From the NCBI GenBank assembly GCA_963978055.1, contig CAXBQZ010000006.1, positions 4,204-68,203 on the forward strand: a DNA stretch of 64,000 nucleotides, read 5' to 3'. Source of the DNA: an uncultured bacterium (GTDB taxonomy: Bacteria; Actinomycetota; Actinomycetes; S36-B12; CAIYMF01). Under the pieces are notes generated by a model. It was not told the origin of the DNA. It was given only the letters and a program-made list of their open reading frames with translations, and made no database searches. This document shows positions 55,146-64,000 of the stretch, one piece after another. Each line of letters begins with the position of its first letter. Position 1 is the first letter of the stretch. The translations under genes were made by a program, and so were the position numbers.

Positions 55146-56327
55146 TTAGTCCTGACGCTTCTGCCAACCGAGTTCGGCCTCATGGCCGATCGCAGCTCCT
55201 GTCGAGTCACCCGGATCGAGTAGGGCGCGATCACGCTCCTGCTCGGTCAACTCGGCCTCCGTAGGTGCCGCCCCGTGGATGGTGGGACCACCCTGTCCAA
55301 ATACCGGCCGATCTTCTGGGAAATGGCACGCGATCTGATGACCCGGTGAAAGTTCGCGGATGAGCGGCACCTCGACCTTGCACTGCTCCTGCGCCTTCCA
55401 GCAACGCGTGTGGAACACACACCCGGACGGCGGGTTAATGGGGCTCGGCAGATCACCGGTGAGCAGAATTCGCTCACGTCGAGCTCCACTGTCTGGATCG
55501 GGCAGCGGAACCGCTGACAGCAGCGAGTGCGTGTATGGGTGACGCGGCTGGGAGTAGAGGGTGTCGCGATCAGCGAGCTCCATGATCTGACCGAGGTACA
55601 TCACCGCAACGCGATCGGAAATGTGACGGACCACCGACAAATCATGGGCGACGAAGATGTAGGCGATCCCAAACTCTGACTGCAGGTCCTCAAGAAGGTT
55701 GACGACCTGCGCCTGGATCGATACGTCCAGCGCGGATACCGGCTCATCGCAGATGATGAGCTTTGGCTGAAGTGCGATCGCTCGCGCGACTCCAATGCGC
55801 TGACGCTGACCACCACTGAACTCATGTGGATACCGGTTGTAGTGCTCGGGGTTGAGGCCCACACGTTCGAGGAGACCCTGTACTCGGGTCTTGATGTCCT
55901 TGTCGGACATACCCCCCTGCACGCGGTAGGGGGCACCAACAATGGTGCCCACCGTGTGACGCGGGTTCAGTGACGAGAACGGATCCTGGAAGATGATCTG
56001 GAGTTCTGACCGCAGGTCCCTCATCTCAGAGATTGAAAAGTCAGTGATGTCTGCACCATCGAAGGTGATTGTTCCCGACGTCGGCTCCAAGAGCTTCGCG
56101 ATCGTGCGTCCAGCCGTCGACTTGCCACACCCGGACTCACCCACGAGCCCGAGGGTCTCACCTGGTGCAACGTCGAAGGTTATACCGTCTACAGCCTTCA
56201 CCGCACCTACCTGGCGCTGAAAGACGATGCCCTGAGTGATCGGGAAGTGCTTGCGCAGATTGTTCACCTGCAAGAGTGCGTCGGGCCGCAGCGCAACACC
56301 GGATTCAGCCATTGCTGTCACTGTCAC
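55146..56327 (-). CDS. oppF: Oligopeptide ABC ATP-binding subunit (OppF/BldKE-like)
   Basis: GESGCGKS, FSGGQRQR, CDEPVSALD, HPYT..LLSAVP, GCVFHTRC. Confidence 0.92.
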   Translation of the reverse strand: MTVTAMAESGVALRPDALLQVNNLRKHFPITQGIVFQRQVGAVKAVDGITFDVAPGETLGLVGESGCGKSTAGRTIAKLLEPTSGTITFDGADITDFSISEMRDLRSELQIIFQDPFSSLNPRHTVGTIVGAPYRVQGGMSDKDIKTRVQGLLERVGLNPEHYNRYPHEFSGGQRQRIGVARAIALQPKLIICDEPVSALDVSIQAQVVNLLEDLQSEFGIAYIFVAHDLSVVRHISDRVAVMYLGQIMELADRDTLYSQPRHPYTHSLLSAVPLPDPDSGARRERILLTGDLPSPINPPSGCVFHTRCWKAQEQCKVEVPLIRELSPGHQIACHFPEDRPVFGQGGPTIHGAAPTEAELTEQERDRALLDPGDSTGAAIGHEAELGWQKRQD

Positions 56328-56394
56328 AACTCCTCCTGAGGGTGCGCGGTTGCTCGTGGTGCGCGGTCTGCTCGGACCCGGGTCAGTATCACAA

Positions 56395-57459
56395 TCACAA
56401 CCGTGGCTGGACTTCGCCGATCCAGATCGACTGGCTCTGCTCGGACGGAATATGGCAGCGGACGCGGTGGGTATTCGACACGGGTACGAGATCGGGCCGC
56501 TCGGTTACACATGCAGCGCCAACCCGATCACGGTAGACGCAGCGCGGACTGAACACACAGCCGTTCGGCAGGTTGATCAACGACGGTGGATTGCCTGGGA
56601 TCGGATCGAGGCGGCCCTTGCGCTCACGATCCAGACGTGGCATCGATGCCAGGAGGCCCCACGTGTAGGGCATCTGCGGGGAGTAGAAGACATCCCGCAC
56701 GCTCCCCTGTTCAACCGCGCGACCGCCGTACATCACCGTCACGTCATCGGCGATTTCAGCCACGACACCCAGATCGTGGGTGATCAGAATGATCGCTGAG
56801 TTGAACTCCTTCTGCAGGTCGCGCATCAGATCGAGAATCTGCGCCTGCACGGTCACATCAAGTGCGGTGGTTGGCTCATCAGCGATCAGAAGCTGTGGGT
56901 TGCACACCAGGGCCATGGCGATCATCACACGCTGACGCATACCACCGGAGAACTGATGGGGATAGTCGTCAACCCGCTTGGTCGGATTGGGGATACCCAC
57001 CCGATCGAGCATTTCAATCGCTCGCTTCTTGGCGACATCCTTGGTGACCTTGTTGTGCACCCGGTACGCCTCGATGATCTGGTCACCCACGGTGTAGAAG
57101 GGGTGGAGCGAGGACAGCGGATCCTGGAAGATCATGGCCATCTTGTCGCCACGAAGGGGCCTGATCTCTTCGGTGCTCTTACCCACCAACTCTTCACCAT
57201 CAAGCCAGATCTGCCCAGAGACATTGGCGCGAGTGCCAGTGTGCAGGCCGAGAATCGCCTGGCTTGTCACCGATTTACCTGAACCGGATTCACCCACGAT
57301 CCCCATGGTCTTGCCGCGCTCAACCTTGAACGACAGGCCCTCAACTGCTTTGACCATTCCATCATCGGTCGGAAAGGTGACGTGCAGATCCCGTACCTCG
57401 AGAAATGCAGAGGGTGGTGCGCTCGGGACCGACGCTGCTGAATCAATGGTCTGGGTCAT
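56395..57459 (-). CDS. oppD: Oligopeptide ABC ATP-binding subunit (OppD/BldKD-like)
   Basis: [40 protein letters not shown]. Confidence 0.92.
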   Translation of the reverse strand: MTQTIDSAASVPSAPPSAFLEVRDLHVTFPTDDGMVKAVEGLSFKVERGKTMGIVGESGSGKSVTSQAILGLHTGTRANVSGQIWLDGEELVGKSTEEIRPLRGDKMAMIFQDPLSSLHPFYTVGDQIIEAYRVHNKVTKDVAKKRAIEMLDRVGIPNPTKRVDDYPHQFSGGMRQRVMIAMALVCNPQLLIADEPTTALDVTVQAQILDLMRDLQKEFNSAIILITHDLGVVAEIADDVTVMYGGRAVEQGSVRDVFYSPQMPYTWGLLASMPRLDRERKGRLDPIPGNPPSLINLPNGCVFSPRCVYRDRVGAACVTERPDLVPVSNTHRVRCHIPSEQSQSIWIGEVQPRL

Positions 57460-57467
57460 CTCGACAC

Positions 57468-58478
57468 CTAACTCAACCGCACGCGCGGATCGACCGCACT
57501 GTAGAGGACGTCAACAATGATGTTGGCCACGACGATAAACAGTGAACTCACGATGGTGAGCCCCATGATGACGGGGAGGTCCTGCTTGCCGATCGCTTCC
57601 ACGAAGAGCAGACCCAGACCGGGAAGGCTGAACACCTTTTCAACGAAGAGGGCACCACCGAGCAGGAAGGCGATGTCCAAGCCAGCGATGGTGAGAATCG
57701 GCGTCAACGCCGCGCGCATCGCATGCTTGCGGACGACCGTCTTGCGGGGCAGACCCTTGGCCACAGCGGTTCGGATGTAGTCCTCGTTCATCGTCTCCAG
57801 CATGTTGGCGCGCGTCAGACGGGCGTACAGCGCGGCGTTGCCGAAGCCGATGGTGACCCATGCCAGAACCAGCGCCTGGAACCACCTCACCGGGTTCTGC
57901 GTGAACGGGACGTAATCGGTGGGCGGCAGCCACTTCAAGCCGTACACGAATACGTAGAGCAGCAGGATCGCGAACAGATACGAGGGTAGGGACAGGAACA
58001 GAAGAATGAAGATCATCGACGCACGGTCGGTGAACCCACCTCTTCGCAGCGCTGAAATAACGCCGACGCCGATACCAACGGCAAGCCAGATGATGGCCGC
58101 ACCAACTGTGACGGAAAGCGTGACGGGGAATCGGTCCTTGATGATGTCCCATACGGGCGACTGATATCGGAATGAATAGCCAAAACATGGTGCAGGACAG
58201 GGACGGGAGCCGCCCTCCGTGCCATCGGTCAGATCAGTTCGGCCGGCGACGATACCCTTCATATAGATGTAGAACTGTTCTGGGATAGGGCGATCCAACC
58301 CCAAGCCATGCTCAATATTGTGGATGAGCTCAGGTGAAGGGTTCTTACCGGCGTAGAGGAATGCAGGGCTCGATCCGGTCAGCACCGGAATGACCATGAA
58401 CAGGCCGAACGTCACCAGCGAAACAATGAACAAAACCGCAACGGCCCCCAGAAGCCGGCGGATGATGTACCGAACCAT
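57468..58478 (-). CDS. oppB: Oligopeptide ABC permease (OppB/BldKC-like)
   Basis: YIIRRLL, GLDRP, FGYSF, RLTRANMLETMNEDYIRTAVAKGL (EAA loop), DPRVR. Confidence 0.92.
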   Translation of the reverse strand: MVRYIIRRLLGAVAVLFIVSLVTFGLFMVIPVLTGSSPAFLYAGKNPSPELIHNIEHGLGLDRPIPEQFYIYMKGIVAGRTDLTDGTEGGSRPCPAPCFGYSFRYQSPVWDIIKDRFPVTLSVTVGAAIIWLAVGIGVGVISALRRGGFTDRASMIFILLFLSLPSYLFAILLLYVFVYGLKWLPPTDYVPFTQNPVRWFQALVLAWVTIGFGNAALYARLTRANMLETMNEDYIRTAVAKGLPRKTVVRKHAMRAALTPILTIAGLDIAFLLGGALFVEKVFSLPGLGLLFVEAIGKQDLPVIMGLTIVSSLFIVVANIIVDVLYSAVDPRVRLS

Positions 58479-58488
58479 GTTTCCTCCG

Positions 58489-58527
58489 CAGGTTGTGGCC
58501 GGCGGTTATTCCGCCGGCCACAACCTG
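58489..58527 (-). terminator. Intercistronic hairpin between the binding-protein and permease genes
   Basis: Perfect 17-bp stem CAGGTTGTGGCCGGCGG / 5-nt loop / CCGCCGGCCACAACCTG, abutting the oppB RBS; no U-tract. Confidence 0.6.
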
Positions 58528-58555
58528 ACTAGTTAGAGAGATGTACGCCGGACGA

Positions 58556-60334
58556 CTACATGCCGTCGCTGGTACCGATGTTGACATAGTCGTAGTAGTT
58601 GCCTACGCCACCGTTGAGGTAGATGTTCGTCAGACGCGGGTTGCGGTAGAAGAACGTCTTGTCCAGAACGAATGGCAGGTAGACAGCTGCATCCATGACG
58701 GCATGGTCAACGGTCTTGCCGAGCTCGGCGACCTTGGCCGGGTCAGTCTCCTTGGTAAGAGCCGCCAGCGCCTGATCGACCGTAGGGTCCTTGAGGCTCG
58801 GGTAGTTCGAGTTGCCCTCAGGAAGGATGGCGTTGCTGTTGGCGATCGACTGCCAGAAACCATAAGGCGTCGGGAAGTCAGCACCCCAGCCAGCACCGGC
58901 CAGACCAAGCTTCATCTTCACAATGTTCGACGGTGAACCGATGAACGTTGAGTAGTACGAAGCGGGGTCAGATGCAACCGTGCCATGGACCTTGATGCCA
59001 ACGCGACCCAGGTTCTCGGTGACCGAGGCAAGTGCCTTGGGACCAAGACCCACGTTGCGGTAGGCGTAGTTCAGGTCAAAGCCATTGGGCTGGCCACATT
59101 CAGTCAGCTTCTGCTTGGCCATGGCGAGGTCACCGGTGTGATCTGCGCCGTTCGGATACGGATCGTAGTCGGCCTCGTAGCCCGGGATCAGGGTCGGAAC
59201 CATGGATCCGGTGATGTCACCAGCCGTGGCCCCACCGTTGATGCGCAGCAGCGCTGCCTTGTTGAAGGCGTAGAAGATCGCCTCACGGCAGGCCTTGTTG
59301 TCCAGCGGGGCAACCGTCTGGAACACCACGTCGTAGCGGATGAAGCCCGTCGGCGGGTTGTCGGCATTTGCCTTCTTGGTCGGGTCGGCCAGGATCTGAG
59401 CAGTGGTCTCAGGCATGACACCACCATCGGCGAGCAGATCGACGTCACCGGACATGAGGCGCTTGTCCTCATCATTCGGGTCGGTGATGACAACGAGGGT
59501 CACCTTGTCGACCTTCGGGTGACGAACATTGTCCGTCTTCTGATCCCAGTTGGGATTGCGAACCCAGTCAGTCTCCTTGCCGGGCTGGTAGCTGCTGATC
59601 ATGAACGGACCAGATGAGATCGGGAGCTTGCCGTAATCGGCCTTGGTGTCCTTGGCCTTCGGAACCGGACCAGCTGTTGGAAGCGCCATCAGGTAGTCAA
59701 AATCAGCAAAGGGCTTGTTGAGATTGAAGATGATGGTGTTGTCATCCGGAGTCTGGACCGAGGTCAGGTCACCTGTCGGGTCCGCGTACGGACCCTTGTA
59801 GGTGTCAGACAGCAGGCTGGTGTAGTAGGACGACGGGCCACCGTTGATCACATCAGAGGCAAAGAGACGCTCCACCGCGTACTTGATGTCCTTGGTGGTG
59901 ATGGTGGATCCATCCGAGTACTTGAGGCCCGGCTGCAGATGGTAGGTCCACTGCGTCTTGTCAGCATTCGATTCACCAGGACCAGTTGCCATATCGGGAA
60001 CAACCGAGGTGCCCTTGGTACCCGGAGCAGAGGCGAAAGCCATCAGCGTGCGGGTGAAGAGGCGCTGAATGTCCCAGCAGTACGCGTAATACGTGCGGGC
60101 AGGGTCGTAGGAATCGCAGTCCGATGCAGCAGCAAGCTTAAGCGTGCCACCGGTCTTGTCGGACGCATTGACAACCGAGCTGGCGGCGGCATTGAAGCCG
60201 CTGGCGCCCGATGCCGAGGTGGAGGGGGATGCGGACCCGCCGCCTCCACCACCACCGCCGCCGCAGGCGGCAAGAGCCAAAGCAGCTGCTGCACCCAGTG
60301 CAGCGAACTGAGTGGCGCGTCGTGTGATCGCCAT
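58556..60334 (-). CDS. oppA: Oligopeptide ABC substrate-binding lipoprotein (OppA/BldKB-like)
   Basis: Lipobox ALALAAC followed by a Gly/Ser linker, GGTLK, DSYDPARTY, SSGPF, WGADFP; start ATG 60334. Confidence 0.92.
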   Translation of the reverse strand: MAITRRATQFAALGAAAALALAACGGGGGGGGGSASPSTSASGASGFNAAASSVVNASDKTGGTLKLAAASDCDSYDPARTYYAYCWDIQRLFTRTLMAFASAPGTKGTSVVPDMATGPGESNADKTQWTYHLQPGLKYSDGSTITTKDIKYAVERLFASDVINGGPSSYYTSLLSDTYKGPYADPTGDLTSVQTPDDNTIIFNLNKPFADFDYLMALPTAGPVPKAKDTKADYGKLPISSGPFMISSYQPGKETDWVRNPNWDQKTDNVRHPKVDKVTLVVITDPNDEDKRLMSGDVDLLADGGVMPETTAQILADPTKKANADNPPTGFIRYDVVFQTVAPLDNKACREAIFYAFNKAALLRINGGATAGDITGSMVPTLIPGYEADYDPYPNGADHTGDLAMAKQKLTECGQPNGFDLNYAYRNVGLGPKALASVTENLGRVGIKVHGTVASDPASYYSTFIGSPSNIVKMKLGLAGAGWGADFPTPYGFWQSIANSNAILPEGNSNYPSLKDPTVDQALAALTKETDPAKVAELGKTVDHAVMDAAVYLPFVLDKTFFYRNPRLTNIYLNGGVGNYYDYVNIGTSDGM

Positions 60335-60468
60335 GTGTAGATCCACCTTCTCCTCAGGGGTGGTGCCCGAAACCATCGGCGACGGCTTCGGTTCCCCGAC
60401 AACGCGTCAGGGAAACTTGTGGGTTATCCGCTTGTGCGGGGGAATCGGCTTCGTGTGCGTCGAGTCAT

Positions 60469-61464
60469 CTACAGGTCACTTGCCCTTGTATCAGTCGCAT
60501 CGCGCAGACCGTCTCCAAACAGGTTGAATGCCAACACGACGATGAAGATCGCCATACCCGGAACGAACATGTAGGCCGGGTCGAGGTTCAAGCAGCTGAG
60601 TGCATCATTGATCATGCCACCCCAGGTGGGCGTGGGCGGCAGCACACCGACTCCGAGGAAGGACAGACTAGCCTCAGCAAGGATGTTCGAAGGAATCGAG
60701 AGAGTAGCCAGAACCAGCACGGTTGGGAGCAGGTTCGGCAGCAATTCCTTGAAGATGATGCGTGAATTGGGGGCACCAATACTGCGCGCCGCATCGACAA
60801 ACTCCTTCTCCCGAAGGGAGAGCACCTGTCCTCGAATGAGACGACCGTAGTACGGCCAGCCGAAGAAGCCGATGATGAACGTGACGACGACGATCTGCCA
60901 GAACAGCGATTGGTTGTACCAGGTGGTCTGACCCAGGATCACCAGAAGTGCGATGGCGAACAGCAAAACAGGGAAGGCGAGCAGGACGTCCATGGTGCGA
61001 CTGAGCAGGGAGTCGACCCAGCCACCACGCAGTCCAGCGATGATGCCGAGAATCACACCAATCGAAAGACCAATCACCGTGGCTAGCACGCCTACAATCA
61101 GCGAGTTGCGGCCACCGTAAAGGGTGCGGGCCATGAGGTCTCGACCGGTCTGGGGCTCAACCCCAAACGGGTGCTGCCAGGAGGCATTCGAGAACGGGCC
61201 AGCCGGGAACCCGATCCCGTCCAGCAGATCAGGCTGGGTATCAGCGTAGTTGCTGTCAGGATTGACGCCGACGAGATTGCAGATGATCGGGGCAAAGATC
61301 ACGAGCAACAGGATGATGATGATGACGACAGCACCGGTCATGGCCCATTTGTCGCGGCGCAGTCGAGACCATGCGATCTCACCCAGAGAACGTCCGGCAA
61401 TGGCCGCAGGTGCATCAACAGCATCGACAGCGAACCGCTTGTCGACATCTACCGGTGCGGTCAC
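60469..61464 (-). CDS. oppC: Oligopeptide ABC permease (OppC/BldKA-like)
   Basis: HPFGVEPQTGRDL, GGRNSL, RGQVLSLREKEFVDAARSIGA, FLGVG, FNLFGDGLRD; GTG 61464 after GGAAGGG. Confidence 0.92.
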   Translation of the reverse strand: MTAPVDVDKRFAVDAVDAPAAIAGRSLGEIAWSRLRRDKWAMTGAVVIIIILLLVIFAPIICNLVGVNPDSNYADTQPDLLDGIGFPAGPFSNASWQHPFGVEPQTGRDLMARTLYGGRNSLIVGVLATVIGLSIGVILGIIAGLRGGWVDSLLSRTMDVLLAFPVLLFAIALLVILGQTTWYNQSLFWQIVVVTFIIGFFGWPYYGRLIRGQVLSLREKEFVDAARSIGAPNSRIIFKELLPNLLPTVLVLATLSIPSNILAEASLSFLGVGVLPPTPTWGGMINDALSCLNLDPAYMFVPGMAIFIVVLAFNLFGDGLRDATDTRASDL

Positions 61465-61649
61465 GATCCCACTGCCCTTCCGTCCCCCCGCGGGACATTG
61501 TTCTTTGCCCCATCGGGACAAAGTAAGCGCCACCGAGGTGGACGCCGGATATTCAACCGTAAAAACGACGCTCGGCCCATACTTATGTATGAGAAACCCG
61601 CGCACATGAAACCTACGCCATAGAACGAAAAGCGCGACCCATCGTTGCC

Positions 61650-61669
61650 CGCTGTGACCGGATCGTGAC
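61650..61669 (-). promoter_or_regulatory. MtrA/GlnR-type direct repeat upstream of the opp operon
   Basis: Minus strand reads GTCAC-N6-GTCACAGCG. Confidence 0.4.
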
Positions 61670-61728
61670 CAACACTACATCAAATAGGATAAAACGGTCA
61701 TATCGCCGTGATACATCGAGTCGGTCTG

Positions 61729-63618
<1,890 letters not shown>

Positions 63619-63908
63619 GGTGAACCTCTGAATAGGAAATCTGGGATATCCACAGTCTAGAGGGGATTCATCACTCTGCTGACCACAGCACAATCGCAGG
63701 CTCCTCGCCGCCTCCATCAAACCATCCCCCCAGATGGGGGAGGTGCTCGTCCGGATGAGTGAAAGTCGCTCAGGTGAGGCTCAAGTGCACCTCTCAACCT
63801 GCTTCCCCGGCTTTGGTGGTGACTGGGGTCGGACGGAATCTGAATGTGGGAAACACCAGCCGTAGGCGGAGCGAGGGGCTCTGCGCTGGTTTGGGGAGGG
63901 GAATACCC

Positions 63909-64000
63909 ATGGCTCGTTCACATCACCGCGCATTCCGCGCTGCCGCCGCCGGCTTCACTGCCATCGCCCTGGGAGCCGTCAGCCTGGCTGCGGCCGGTCC
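63909..64000 (+). CDS. Partial ORF with signal-peptide-like N-terminus
   Basis: GGGGAGGG RBS then MARSHHRAFRAAAAGFTAIALGAVSLAAAG, running off the right edge. Confidence 0.55.
   Translation, partial: MARSHHRAFRAAAAGFTAIALGAVSLAAAG

Overview
A 64-kb stretch of high-GC actinobacterial chromosome. Gene order resembles the conserved Streptomyces/Mycobacterium core blocks, and the taxon cannot be fixed from sequence alone. I see no rRNA, tRNA, CRISPR array, transposase, integrase or phage gene. From left to right: (1) an amine-catabolism island with a PuuD-type hydrolase, thioesterase, SDR, aldehyde dehydrogenase and GlnA4-type gamma-glutamylase, divergent from a GcvT-family flavoprotein, a choline/ethanolamine-kinase-like protein and an APC permease; (2) the TetR-DUF3107-ferritin-like-DEAD helicase-ParA block, with an inserted CitE lyase + Mct-like CoA transferase pair; (3) a minus-strand run of EamA, Mcl-like lyase, acyl-CoA dehydrogenase, DUF2332, a second GcvT-family enzyme and an Fe-S RecB-type nuclease; (4) mgtE-N/DUF1003/mrp, tatB, htrA, anti-sigma, sigE and an O-methyltransferase; (5) tag, a DivIVA-domain gene, folP2, two LOG genes, dapE/dapD/gltA/dapC/fdxA; (6) VanW, an atypical FtsH-like AAA protease, mshB, an S9 peptidase, a bldK-like oligopeptide ABC operon and typA. 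The best leads are: the Mct + two-lyase + acyl-CoA dehydrogenase set (possible hybrid mesaconyl-CoA carbon route); the amino-alcohol catabolic island; the insert-bearing FtsH paralogue with a 30-40 aa upstream ORF; a 57-aa Cys-Cys membrane microprotein coupled to dapE; and a probable CTG start for the DEAD helicase. Family assignments come from motif reading and recall of known proteins. No database search was run.
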